Origin: Eledone cirrhosa
Taxonomy: Eukaryota
Assembly: GCA_964016885.1 (NCBI GenBank)
Contig: OZ024743.1
Coordinates: 27,280,001 to 27,344,000 of the forward strand
Direction of reading: 5' to 3'
Length of the DNA stretch: 64,000 nt
Below, piece after piece: positions 1 to 15,318 of the stretch. The position numbers and the translations under genes were made by a program. Under the pieces are notes generated by a model that saw only the letters and a program-made list of their open reading frames with translations, was not told the DNA's origin and searched no databases. How positions within the stretch are numbered: position 1 is the first letter of the stretch; each line of letters starts with the position of its first letter.

Positions 1-290
1 TATTGTAATTTTAATGTTGGTAAAGGTATATTATATTATATTATATTATATTACATTGTATTATATATAATTCCTGCTCTGTATAACCACTTTTGTTTAG
101 CTCTAGGTTTTTTTGCTTTGGACTATATTTGTAATATGGTTCTTAATGTTATATACATCCTTAGTAATTTTTATTATATATTTTTATTATTTTTATTATA
201 TATTTTTGCAATACTTTAGTGTATGTACACTCCATATTCTTCGGAGCTTCCGGCTTGTATCTGCCGATATTACTTCTTGTTGTTTTAATT

Positions 291-328
291 GCCCTGATGA
301 GTCTTTAATAGGACGAAACATTGTCGGC
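291..328 (+). ncRNA. Minimal type I hammerhead ribozyme at the 3' end of a PLE-like repeat (1-378)
   Basis: gcc-CTGATGA-gtctt/taat/aggac-GAA-AC att GT-C-ggc, followed by AATAAA at 330-335 and then a (TA)n array. Confidence 0.8.
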
Positions 329-377
329 TAATAAAGACTTTTGATGTATTGAAGGCTTCTTTGTTTTACTCTCTTAA

Positions 378-1076
<699 letters not shown>

Positions 1077-1118
1077 AAATAAAACAATGAAACAGTTCCT
1101 TATATTAAACAAAAAAAG

Positions 1119-1273
1119 TTCATTATTTAACGATCGTTTCTAGGATATATATGTGTTAGAATTGGCATGCATATTCAACAGATCTATGTACAAAATTATA
1201 CAAAATTATACAAACTATCAAAATTAAATATACAGACCCAACACATATATATGCCGTCTTCAGAAATAATGAA
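1119..1273 (-). ncRNA. Type I hammerhead ribozyme with 10-bp stem I and long stem II, inside a TA-flanked element (~1065-1500)
   Basis: Minus strand: ttcattattt-CTGAAGA-cggcatatatatgtgtt...aacacatatatatccta-GAA-ACgatcGT-T-aaataatgaa. Confidence 0.8.
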
Positions 1274-1504
1274 ATATATTTATTGATAATAACAACAATT
1301 CAAAATTTCAGGTCCGTTTGGGAACAGAGTTCAAATTGACCAATGAAAATACAAAAAATTTTATGCAGTTTGGTGTGTGTATATACATGTAATTAACTTC
1401 ATACACATATTTACATAAAGATATATGTTGACATGCATACGCATGCCAAAAAGATGTATGAAAATACAAAAATTCAAGGCTAATGTCTCTGTAAGTCTAT
1501 AATA

Positions 1505-2995
<1,491 letters not shown>

Positions 2996-3617
2996 TTATC
3001 CTTCTCTTCTCTACTTTCGCCCGACCACACCTTGAATACTGTTGTCCACTGTGGTCTCCCCACACGAAACAAAGTATCATGAAACTTGAAGCTCCTCAAA
3101 GGGCAATCACGAAAAAGATAGATGGCATGTCAGACCTTGACTACTGGGGTCGATTGGAAAACCTGAAACTTTACTCACTCCAACGTCGCCGTGAGCGTTA
3201 TATTATCTGCATGATGTGGAAAATGTTCCATCATCACTGCCCAAATGATGTTGGCATCGCCTTCAAGATACACCCAAGGCTTGGGCCCCGTGCTATCCGT
3301 CCCATTCAAAAATCTAAATCGCAACTCATAACAACAATACGGCACAATTATTTCACCTCAATCGGCCCTGCTCTCTTCAACATCACACCAGGACACGTCA
3401 AAACAGAAACTGACCACACAAAATTCAAGAAGTCTTTGGACAAATTCCTCCAAGTAATCCCGGACAAACCACCCACACCCGGATATGTCTCCGCAAACAG
3501 TAATTCTCTTCTCGAATGGGCCATGGTGCCCAAATCCTGAATTGAAAGACTTCGCCAGGTGGTGCTATTAAGTTAGACATGGCCTGGGCCAATACTGGCC
3601 AAAACATTTCAAAGTTA
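2996..3617 (+). mobile_element. 5'-truncated CR1/L2-group LINE 3' end (post-RT C-terminal region plus 3' UTR)
   Basis: Translation [20 protein letters not shown]...[41 protein letters not shown] is typical of CR1-group ORF2 C-termini; stop at 3540. Confidence 0.85.
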
Positions 3618-3715
3618 TATATATATATGTATATATATATATGTATATATATATATATGTATATATATATATGTATATATATATATGTATATATATATAT
3701 GTATATATATATATG

Positions 3716-3810
<95 letters not shown>

Positions 3811-3811
3811 G

Positions 3812-3862
<51 letters not shown>

Positions 3863-3871
3863 GTATATATG

Positions 3872-3902
<31 letters not shown>

Positions 3903-3911
3903 GTATATATG

Positions 3912-3988
<77 letters not shown>

Positions 3989-3993
3989 ATATT

Positions 3994-4066
<73 letters not shown>

Positions 4067-4405
4067 GTATATATATATATGTATATATATATATGTATAT
4101 ATATATATGTATATATATATATGTATATATATATATATGTATATATATATGTATATATATATATATGTATATATATATATGTATATATATATATGTATAT
4201 ATATGTATATATATATATGTATATATATGTATGTATATATATATGTATATATATATATGTATATATATATATGTATATATATATATATGTATATATATAT
4301 ATGTATATATATATATGTATATATATATATATGTATATATATATATGTATATATATATATGTATATATATATATGTATATATATATATATGTATATATAT
4401 ATATG

Positions 4406-4446
<41 letters not shown>

Positions 4447-4461
4447 GTTTATATATATATG

Positions 4462-4536
<75 letters not shown>

Positions 4537-4607
4537 GTATATATGTATGTATATATATATGTATATATGTATATATATATATATATGTATATATATATGT
4601 ATATATG

Positions 4608-4640
<33 letters not shown>

Positions 4641-4879
4641 GTGTGTATATATATATATGTGTATATATATATATGTATATATATATGTATATATATATGT
4701 ATATATATATGTATATATATATATATATGTGTATATATATATGTGTATATATATATGTGTATATATATATGTGTATATATATATATGTATATATATATGT
4801 ATATATATATGTATATATATATGTATATATGTATGTATATATATATGTATATATGTATATATATATATATGTATATATG

Positions 4880-4912
<33 letters not shown>

Positions 4913-5758
4913 GTGTGTATATATATATATGTGTATATATATATATGTATATATATATGTATATATATATGTATATATATATATATATGTATATATATAT
5001 GTATATATATATGTATATATATATATATATGTGTATATATATATGTGTATATATATATGTGTATATATATATGTGTATATATATGTATATATATATGTAT
5101 ATATATATGTATATATATATGTATATGTATATATATATGTATATATATATGTATATATATATATATATGTGTATATATATATGTGTATATATATATGTGT
5201 ATATATATATATGTATATATATATGTATATATATATGTATATATATATGTATATATGTATGTATATATATATGTATATATGTATATATATATATATGTAT
5301 ATATGTATATATATATATATGTATATATATATATGTATATATATATATATGTATATATGTATATATGTATATATATATAACTTTGAATAACTTTGAAATG
5401 TTTTGGCCAGTATTGGCCCAGGCCATGTCTAACTTAATAGCACCACCTGGTGCTATTATATGTGTATATATATATGTATATATATATATGTATATATATA
5501 TATATGTATATATATATATGTATATATGTATATATATATATGTATATATGTATATATATATGTATATATGTATATATATATATGTATATATATATATATG
5601 TATATATGTATATATATATGTATATATGTATATATATATGTATATATGTATATATATATATGTATATATATATATATGTATATATGTATATATATATATG
5701 TATATATATATATATGTATATATGTATATATATATGTATATATATATATATATGTATG

Positions 5759-5789
<31 letters not shown>

Positions 5790-5794
5790 GTATG

Positions 5795-5827
<33 letters not shown>

Positions 5828-5848
5828 GTATATATATATGTATATATG

Positions 5849-5895
<47 letters not shown>

Positions 5896-5910
5896 GTATA
5901 TATATATATG

Positions 5911-5955
<45 letters not shown>

Positions 5956-6038
5956 GTATATATATATATATGTATATATATATATGTATATATATATATA
6001 TGTATATATATATATTTGTATATATATGTATATATATG

Positions 6039-6069
<31 letters not shown>

Positions 6070-6080
6070 GTATATATATG

Positions 6081-6127
<47 letters not shown>

Positions 6128-6192
6128 GTATATATATATATGTATATATATATATATGTATATATATGTATATATATGTATATATATGTATA

Positions 6193-6239
<47 letters not shown>

Positions 6240-6270
6240 GTATATATATGTATATATATGTATATATATG

Positions 6271-6324
<54 letters not shown>
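3618..6324. repeat. Interrupted (TA)n/(TATG)/(TGTG) arrays either side of an 80-bp LINE tail
   Basis: Direct reading. Confidence 0.95.
5378..5457 (-). mobile_element. Inverted short copy of the CR1-like 3' UTR with a (TTCAAAGTTA)2 tail
   Basis: Reverse complement of about 3555-3617 with one extra tail unit. Confidence 0.9.
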
Positions 6325-6328
<4 letters not shown>

Positions 6329-6520
6329 GTATAGGATTATCCAAGATGTAGTGATGGTTAATTACTACACTGGATATGGTTGACGTACGGTAAGAGGTTA
6401 CTCTACGAGTTATGGAAGAATTGTTCAAGAAACTTAGTTCCTGGTCCTTCAGTATTCCGGAGTGTATATAAAGAATGAATAATAACAGGTAGACATCATA
6501 AAAAGGTAATTTATTCCGTG

Positions 6521-6632
6521 TGCTTACAAGTGTTTCCACGGTGGTACTGCAGCCTAGTTCCGCTACGTGCAAATTCACAAGTATTTGCAGAACTCGAATA
6601 TCCAATGCTGTGACCACTGTTTCCTCAGAGCA
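6521..6632 (-). ncRNA. Hammerhead ribozyme with extended stem II (element-sense copy)
   Basis: tgct-CTGAGGA-[~85-nt multi-segment hairpin]-GAA-AC actt GT-A-agca. Confidence 0.78.
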
Positions 6633-7125
6633 GAATGGTAAATGTACAATGTAAAAACCCTTAAGTGGGGTTGTTGGGGAAGATAGAGTGGAACAGAAAG
6701 AGAGAAAAGTAGGGAAGAAGGAGAGAGAAGGAAAGATATGCAGGGGTTGGAGAAGTAGGAGAGAGTGGCTTGTAGATATCTTAATCAAAATGTTATGGTA
6801 GGGGTTTTATTAGTTACTTTTGGAGAGATGCGTAGATAGTTGAGGTCGGAATTATTTATTGCCCCAGAGGGCAGGTTCATAGATGTTGAGAGGGAGGTAG
6901 GTCAAAGGTGAGAGAGAGAGAGTGTAATGGATGTAGATAGAGATATATAGGTAGAGAGGGGACAGATAAAGTATATGTGGTGAGTGAACTTTTGGTTTTG
7001 TAGTGGTAATCTAGGAATTGTATTGAGTTACCATGTATAGTGATAAGCAGTGTATTGTCTTGTAGTGTGGGGGAGAAGAGAAGGTTGTTAGCTAGAAAGT
7101 GGTGTTGTAGTTACGGGTTCGAATG

Positions 7126-7821
7126 TTAAGTTATTTTATAGTGAGAGAATTTAGCTTTTAGTTTGTGGTTGCAGTATAATGATCGTTCAATTCTATCGTT
7201 AAGTAGTTTGTTTTTGGATTTTAGTATGTAAAATAGCTCAAGGTTACATAACCTGCAGTACTTCAAACTACTCCGATATGCATTTGCGCTGGAAAGTATA
7301 TCCCCTTTTAAGGTGAACTGTTGGTTGTGTTCACGGAGTTGCCAGGTCTTGTTGGCGAGCGTGGTCACAAAACGGTGATTCGGATGTTTGATTGAGAATC
7401 GATGACGGTACCAGCGAGATTTAAACGATGTGGTGGTAGATCCGATATAATACCATTTCTGGTCGTTCGATTCAACCGTGCATTGGTAAACAATTTTGGA
7501 CTTTAGGCATTCATTCTGCAATGGACATCTTTCAGGTAGATGGCAGTTACATTCTTTGTTGTGAGTAGCGGGTATACCATGGATAGGTTGTGATAGCGGT
7601 ACAGGTGGGTTGTGCAATACCCGTCTCCCATTTAGTGGTTGGGAGGCAGATATTGCGTTCTGCCCATCTGTTACTAAAATGTTTTGTTTTGTAGAGTTGT
7701 TTAATTGCCTTAAGTTAAGTTTTTTTATGTATGCTTCAAGGTTTGGTGCCGTGGAGTATGATAGTCTAATAGTTTTAGAGTTCAGAATTTTGCTGTACTT
7801 ATGGGAACTATCTACATCCAT
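7126..7821 (-). pseudogene. C-terminal GIY-YIG endonuclease of a PLE (Nematis-like pattern), 5'-truncated
   Basis: CNC..CPLQNECL..IVYQC..YYIGSTTTSFKSRWYRH..CRLCNLE..LLNDRIE..CNHK; the N-terminal few residues come from the inverted arm. Confidence 0.88.
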
Positions 7822-8115
7822 TACACTCTCTCTCTCTCACCTTTGACCTACCTCCCTCTCAACATCTATGAACCTGCCCTCTGGGGCAATAAATAATTCC
7901 GACCTCAACTATCTACGCATCTCTCCAAAAGTAACTAATAAAACCCCTACCATAACATTTTGATTAAGATATCTACAAGCCACTCTCTCCTACTTCTCCA
8001 ACCCCTGCATATCTTTCCTTCTCTCTCCTTCTTCCCTACTTTTCTCTCTTTCTGTTCCACTCTATCTTCCCCAACAACCCCACTTAAGGGTTTTTACATT
8101 GTACATTTACCATTC

Positions 8116-8227
8116 TGCTCTGAGGAAACAGTGGTCACAGCATTGGATATTCGAGTTCTGCAAATACTTGTGAATTTGCACGTAGCGGAACTAGGCTGCA
8201 GTACCACCGTGGAAACACTTGTAAGCA
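8116..8227 (+). ncRNA. Hammerhead ribozyme with extended stem II (inverted copy)
   Basis: Same motif as 6521-6632; stem II pairings gtggt/accac, cagc/gctg, agttc/gaact, tgcaaat/atttgca. Confidence 0.78.
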
Positions 8228-8274
8228 CACGGAATAAATTACCTTTTTATGATGTCTACCTGTTATTATTCATT

Positions 8275-8318
<44 letters not shown>

Positions 8319-8498
8319 CGTATTAACATTTTTTTAAAAACTTTTAAAAAAAATTTTTCTTATTTTACGTCTTTTATATTATTGTTCTGCATCCTCCTGC
8401 ATTGAACCACCTAGGTACTATGACATAACCTGTGTATTTGCTGGCATTAGCGTACATCTGTGCGCTTATGTTAGTTGATATATTAAATTATCTATCTA

Positions 8499-8559
<61 letters not shown>

Positions 8560-10189
8560 AGAGTATATATATACATATCATAGAGAGCCGGAACGAATAT
8601 CACAAAATATTGTATCTGATGCTATATATACACCTCGCTAATTTGCCGCCTATTTGCATGTCTAGCCGCTATAATTCAACTGTCTATACATATGTGAAGA
8701 CATCTATGTACATCACGGTGTAGATAGGCATATTATTTCCTGAAAAATGTAATGATAGCTGGACTGAGAAGGATATTGATTAGGATATATTGGTTCAGAA
8801 ATATTGATTGAAAGCAATTAACAAGTGTTAAAGCTTAACAGCCTGGAGAAAATTTATTGTTTATCTGGACAGTTAGGATGTTTAAATGTCTGATATTGAG
8901 CAAAGACATTAATTATCTTTGGCCAAATAGAAGATGAGTTCCGAAGAATTCAGACAGTATTGTTAGACCACATTCACTTAAGTTCCTTTAGCGAAAATAC
9001 GGTATTTTATTTGGATTAGGCAAGATGCCAGCTTAGGCAAGATGGCGTTTAATCGAGATATTCAACATAACTATCCCCTCTTTACCTAACATACTATGTT
9101 GTCTACAAAGTAAATTTAATATCTATTGAAATTGAACTCAGAATCACTGGCATGGAAATAGCTACCATCAAATTCGTCTTGGCACCATTTGTATTAAACT
9201 CTTCTTTCTCCTCCAACGATAATTTTGATCAATTGGAGTCATTGTTAAATACTATATCTTAAAGGATTGTTGATTAGTTCGTATTCTAGATAAATGAATT
9301 AATTTCAATTCCTTCAGTTTCAGTTCTGAAAGAGCTGGAATAGCGTCTCCCTCACCATCCTCCGGGGAAATGCCATCTCTATTCTATTCGCAGGGGCCAA
9401 GGGGCGGCCGGTGTATGGGCCCCCATTTGCTCACGGTGGTGAGGGATGGGGGGAGCAGGAGAGACCGGGGCAGTGGCAGTGGGAGTTTGGTCCGTTTGTG
9501 TTCGGACCAGGTGTATATAATTCTGAAACTATTGTCCCACAATAAATAGATTAGATCGGGAATCAGGCACATATTACTTTCATATTTTTCCTCAAGACCA
9601 AATAAAATCAAAATCTTGAACCATTAAAGAAATCTCGTATAAAGAGGTACAAAAACAATTATTGTTGAACATGAGTTATGAGGTTATGAGAAATTGGTTT
9701 GGTTCGAGTATATTACTGGTAGATATCATATCAATATTGTATGTTAACCACGAATAAAGGTATCAAAACCTAACCACACCAAATTATTTCCATTATCCTA
9801 AAAATTTGTTATCAAATAACCACGAGAAATCTTGGTGCTTAAATAGTTTACTGAGTGCAGAAATAAAGAGATAAAAATTGACATTATAATTTATTTGTCA
9901 ATAAAGATCTACAGATCAATAATATTGAAGCCTTCTATTAAAGTGAAATAAAATTTGAATAAGGTAAACATCTGGTTTATAACAACGGTGTTGAGATTAA
10001 TTATTTGCTTCTACTGTAAACATTGAAAAGTTTCAACTTAATTCTAGATAGAAATTTAAAAACAATCATAAACAAATCTATTTCAAACAACAACCCAACA
10101 GATAGGTAAAAACGGAAAATGAAGAGAAAAGCAAGGGTTCTAGGGTCACAGAAGAATGGGAGGATGAAGAGGGAGGATGATGAGCCCTA

Positions 10190-10520
10190 GGTCTAGGGCA
10201 CGGCAGTGTTGGCGTAGCACATCGCGGACAAGACCCCCAAGTGCATTTTGAGGGCAATAGCCAGTGACACCTGATGCAAAAGCCAACCCACCTCACGGAG
10301 CTCCTTCCCAAGATGGGCTGTTGACGTTCCGATCTTGAAGAGGAGCTCGACTGTATGAGCCCCAAATACACCTGACGTCTCGACGGCGACCAGTGCGAGG
10401 AGGAAGCTGTCAGACAATCCCCGGTATTTATTTGTATTCTTTCCTCTGCATTGCGGGGCTGTGACCGAAGTGACTAAGTTAGAGGTGGAGAATGTGCCGC
10501 AACACGTGGCGTCGTAGAAA
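10190..10520 (-). pseudogene. Restriction-like endonuclease domain fragment of a CRE-like non-LTR retrotransposon
   Basis: YDATC...KYRGLSDSFLLALVAVETSGVFG...LLHQVSLAI matches the recalled WDATC...KY..L...PVAVETLG...QRLSLAI pattern. Confidence 0.72.
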
Positions 10521-11834
10521 ATAATTGTCTACCTTTTAACTTCCCCTGTGGCTATCCTGGTATCGAGTGACGGCAAATGGGTTCATGGCTGATGTATACG
10601 ATTCTTCCCACTTCCTTCTCTTCTCTTAACATACGGTTTCGTGTTCTGACATGTATAAAGTTTGACAGTTTTGATTATATTTTTCATATGAAGATTATAT
10701 GACTGCTTGTGTGTAGAATGAACGTAGTGTTGGCTTGATATGTGTAGCGTTTATGTTTTGGTACTTTTGTAGGAAAGTATATTTCCCTGCCCCCACTGAA
10801 AGATGTTCCTGGTGTGTTTGTTTATGGAAGTATTACTTTATGGTCTTGGCCTTCACTGCAAGCTGTAAATTGAATATATATTACATTATAAATTCTTTTA
10901 GATAATCTGGTGTAACAATAAACTCACCGAAGGGAAAGAATAATTTAATATCTTTATTTGTATGTTTTATTTATGTTTACTGCTAATGGAAAATTATTTC
11001 AGATCGGATTTTCTTAACATGACAAAATGGAACATAAAAGTGTTAATGAAGAGAACAAGATACCATTATTCTTCGCTAAGCGTACAGGAATGTTTTCTAA
11101 GTTAAGTTTGAATTTCAAAACATTAACATCATCACAACGTCACCTTCATGTATAAGATTCCATCTAAAAGTTATCTGCTACAAATAGTATTTTATTTAAA
11201 TATAGTTGATTTGGGTGGTATTTAAGTTGAAAGATGAGCTGGCTGAAAAGAAACGTTCATAAAGATGGTTATGACGGCTAGAGATGTAACACCTGTCAAA
11301 TATTTAGAAGGAATGAAATTAAATATTTCTAAAAGCAAAATGTGAAATAAAATTTAAAAAAAAGCAGCCTAGAGAATGAAAATTGATGAGAACTTCCTGA
11401 AGAATAATTTGTTATGGCATACTTCATTTAAATATTAAATATCTGACGTGAAAGATATGACGAAATGAGAATAAAACTTTCCAAATGTCGCTGTCAGGAA
11501 AATTACTGCATCAATCTATACTACAGAGATAGAGTTAAGTTTAAGTTATTTTGTCATCGTACTGCTGTAGACTGCCAAAAAAGAAAAGAAACATGTAAAT
11601 TATCTGAATGATTCAACATTAGAGACGACTGCACCTTGGGGTTGGCTATGAACATCTCAGTAGATTTTGTGAACTAAAAATCCCTTTAAGAAGTCAGCAA
11701 TACTATGGTATCTGCTATCTGTTAAGTGCTTACATATAACTAACTATACAGCTCTCATCACAAACACCAGCATTACCAAAACTAACATTATGTACTCAGC
11801 TAAGATTGTATCCATAACTGACAATATCCAAATT

Positions 11835-12495
11835 ATAAGCACCACCACCAGCACCAGCAGAACCACCAGCACCACCACCACAACCACCACCACCTCCACC
11901 ATCACCACCATCGCCACCAGAACCACTAGCAACACCACCACACACCACCACAACCATACCACTACCACCACCACCACCACCATCACCACCACCACCGGCA
12001 CCAGCACCAGGACCACCACCATCAACACCACCACCACCAACAACACCACCGGCAGCAGCACCAGGAACCACCACTACCACCACCACCACCACCACCACCA
12101 TAACCACCATCGCCACCAGCACAAGCACCAGCACCAGGAACAACCAGCACCACCAGAACCACCAGCACCACCACCAACAGCAGCACCACCACCATCACCA
12201 GCACCACCACAACCACCAGCACCACCACAACCACCACCACCACCACTACCACCACAACCACCAGCACTATAACACCCCTCCCCCCGCACTATAACCCCCC
12301 CCCCCGCACTATTACCACCACCACTATCACCACCACCACCACCACCACCACCACCACCACCGCCACCACCATAAGCACCACCACCATCACCACCAATCAC
12401 TACCACCACCACCACTAGAACCACCACTACCAGCACCACCAGCACCAGCAGCACCACTAGAACCACCACCACCACCACCACCACCAGCACTATCA
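11835..12495. repeat. Degenerate (CCA/CAG/CAA)n trinucleotide array
   Basis: Direct reading. Confidence 0.95.
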
Positions 12496-12683
12496 TTATG
12501 ATTCTAGCCAACTCTAACGTGGAACATAAAAAATACATGCAAAGTAATATAAATAGTATACAAATGTGAATTGTTTTATCGATAACTCATATAGAACATT
12601 CTTATAGACAGCTTATGTCCATTTAGTGTAAAGTATCGTCAATATGTGCTCCTACAATAGACAAGTTATAACATTGGAGTAGT

Positions 12684-12737
<54 letters not shown>

Positions 12738-12837
12738 GAGAAGAAAGAAGAATACTGCGTGGTTGCACATGGGTTACATATGATAAAATTAGTCCCTCGT
12801 CAGTGATTTGCCAACCATCATTGATATTTCATCGCAT

Positions 12838-12884
<47 letters not shown>

Positions 12885-12888
<4 letters not shown>

Positions 12889-13140
12889 ATAATAATAAAT
12901 TTAAAGACTAAAATCCAAAGAGGGCTCGATAAGGATAAATATATATCAAATATATAACCGTAGATAAATATATATCAAATATATAAGAACCGTAGACCAA
13001 ATATTAATTAAAATAACAGATATAAGTTTAAGCAAAGAATCGCTGCTCTCACCCTTAACGGGATCTTCTGGTTAGTTTCAGAAGATCCCGTTAAGGGTGA
13101 AAGCAGCGATTCTTTGCTTAAACTTATATCTGTTATTTTA

Positions 13141-13148
<8 letters not shown>
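12885..13148. mobile_element. Short fold-back insertion of the 26-28 kb PLE terminal repeat
   Basis: Matches 26018-26170 and 27846-27922; arms are inverted around 13070; TA flanks. Confidence 0.88.
13074..13124 (+). ncRNA. Hammerhead-like motif with CAGAAGA core
   Basis: agttt-CAGAAGA-t ccc gttaa ggg t-GAA-AGCA gcgattctt TGCT-T-aaact. Confidence 0.68.
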
Positions 13149-13195
<47 letters not shown>

Positions 13196-13346
13196 CACAC
13201 ATATATATATATGTAGAGGTTATATTTAATTTGTTGGGATACAACAAGCTAAATATTTTTATAACTGATATAAAGCACTCAACAAATTATTGGAGTAAAT
13301 ATACAATATATTAACAAATGGAAACTATATTTATAAAACCATATTT

Positions 13347-13410
13347 ATTTCATTATACATATTTCAAGGGTCACCAGAGCAAAATATGGTGCGCTTTCAT
13401 CAGATAAAAT
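13347..13410 (-). ncRNA. Type I hammerhead ribozyme in a TA-flanked element (3' end about 13213)
   Basis: attttat-CTGATGA-aag..cacca...tggtg..ctt-GAA-AT atgt AT-A-atgaaat; same family as 62.7-63.1 kb. Confidence 0.75.
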
Positions 13411-13545
13411 ATAATATAGGTTAGTTTTATAAATAAATATTGACATACATTTAAAAAATGCAACCATTCTGGTTGGAATCTCCTGGATAGTGGAGTTATT
13501 AGATTTATTGTTGGTTTATTATGCAAATTAGTGTTGGAAAGGTTT

Positions 13546-14380
13546 AAAACAGTATATTTAAATTAAGCCGTTGGAATAGGGAAAAAAAGAAAAGAAAGAG
13601 AAAAAACGAAGGAAAGAAAGAAAGAAAGAAAGAAAGAGAGACACCTGAGTATATTTTAGTGAGAGAGAATAGCGTAATTTTGAGAGAAGAGACGAAGAAA
13701 ATAAATATAGAGTGGATGAATACCGTAAGATGGATAAATCAATAATAACAACTAATAACAGATACTAATAAAAAAATATATAGTGTGGATGAATACCAAC
13801 TAATAACAGATACTAATAAAAAGGTGGATAAAAACAATAATAGAGTTAAGTTGAAGAATGTATCTAATGTTTAATTAATAATTTTGATTAAATGTTTAAT
13901 TAATAATTTATCAATTCAATCCGTAGTTTAAATGTTTAAATGTGTATGTTATATGATATTATTATTAGAGAATATATATTATTAAAAATTATATTATTAA
14001 AGAATATATATTATTAAAAACAGTATATTTAAATTAAGCCGTTGGAATAGGGAAAAAACGAAAGAAAGAAAGAGAGAAACCTGAGTATATTTTAGTGAGA
14101 GAGAATAGCGTAATTTTGAGGGAAGATGCGAAGAAAAAATATAGCGTGGATGAATACTAATAACAACCAATAACAGATACTAATAAAAATGGATAAAGTT
14201 AAGTTGAGAAATTTATCTAATGTTTAATTAATAAATTTGATTAAATGTTTAATTAATAATTTATCAATTAAATCTGTAGTTTAAATGTTTAAATGTGTAT
14301 GTTATATTATTAAAGTTGAGACCTATATATTATTATTAAAGAATATATATTATTAAAAAATATGTTATTATTAAAAAACC
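13546..14380. repeat. Diverged tandem duplication with a ~471-bp period
   Basis: aaaacagtatatttaaattaagccgttggaataggg recurs at about 13546 and 14017, with colinear downstream blocks. Confidence 0.85.
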
Positions 14381-14886
14381 AAATATAATTTTATTATTAT
14401 TAATTAATTAATTACTTAATTATTTAAAAAAAATTTTAAGTTTAAAATATTCGAATATTTCTAAGCTCATGGAATTTCTGAAAGTTTACCGAAGAATAAT
14501 CACTTATATGTAATAGCAGTAGAGGGTAAAGGAAATTGCTAGAGATCCAATAATAATTATTAAGATAGCTCTAAGGATTAAATGTCATAAAGTTAAATGT
14601 TATAATGTTAAGATGTTAAAAAATTTTAATTATCCATCTTAATAGTGTAATTAGAGCATGCATTTTATGTTATTTTATATCAAGTTATAAAATCATAACT
14701 CAACCTGTCATACAGTTATGACTGTTAAAACCTAATTTTTTTTCTATAACGTGTTAACATTCAAAAAATTCAAAAAATTCATTCATTGGAATATATCCAA
14801 AGCATAAACCATAAAAAAATCTTTCACAAGAGTACATCTGTAGAATATATTTAATGTATAAGTTTCATATATATATATAAACACCA

Positions 14887-14947
<61 letters not shown>

Positions 14948-15105
14948 ATATATATATTTGTTTATTTACATGTTACTGGTTGGTTGTTTGTTCTATGTTT
15001 CCATTTTGTCCTTAATTGTAAGTTGTGATATTGCTGTTCCATTCATGTTTTCTATTTGATTTTGGTTGGAGTTCATTTGTGTTTGTTGCCTCTGTGATTT
15101 GTCTA

Positions 15106-15267
15106 GACAATATATGAACAACCATCCGGTTGTGGAACCAACCAGCCAACCGGAAATTTATAAATTTTTTGAAAAAATAAAAAAATAAATTTTTAATTTA
15201 TAATAAATTGGAGTGAAAGCATCTGGTGCGTGTGTTTCTTATTGGTAACATGACCCTCCCAAAGTAT

Positions 15268-15272
<5 letters not shown>
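15106..15272 (+). mobile_element. 3' segment of the HHR-bearing element found at 50.5-50.75 kb
   Basis: Colinear with 50578-50748 (gacaatatatgaacaacc...atgaccctcccaaagtataacaa). Confidence 0.88.

Positions 15273-15314
<42 letters not shown>

Positions 15315-15318
<4 letters not shown>

Larger units (their letters stand above)
6325..8283 (-). mobile_element. 5'-truncated Penelope-like element with an inverted terminal-repeat copy
   Basis: GIY-YIG ORF at 7126-7821; ~476-bp near-perfect inverted repeat 6465-6940 / 7808-8283; an HHR in each arm; (TA)n on both flanks. Confidence 0.92.

Noticed and set aside
7960-8337. [14 protein letters not shown]... present twice
   Set aside because: It is a by-product of the inverted PLE terminal repeat and has no protein motif
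11000-11720. Possible decayed DNA-transposase (hAT-like) coding remnant
   Set aside because: Only vague similarity with many stops; it cannot be supported without a profile search
11744-12538. Thr/His/Pro-rich or Gly/Val-rich mucin-like ORFs
   Set aside because: They are readings of a (CCA)n repeat, with no splice or domain evidence
12735-12840. CTGACGA and GAA-ATAT-C on the minus strand of a small TA-flanked insert
   Set aside because: The halves are in the wrong order or lack pairing partners, so a full hammerhead cannot be built
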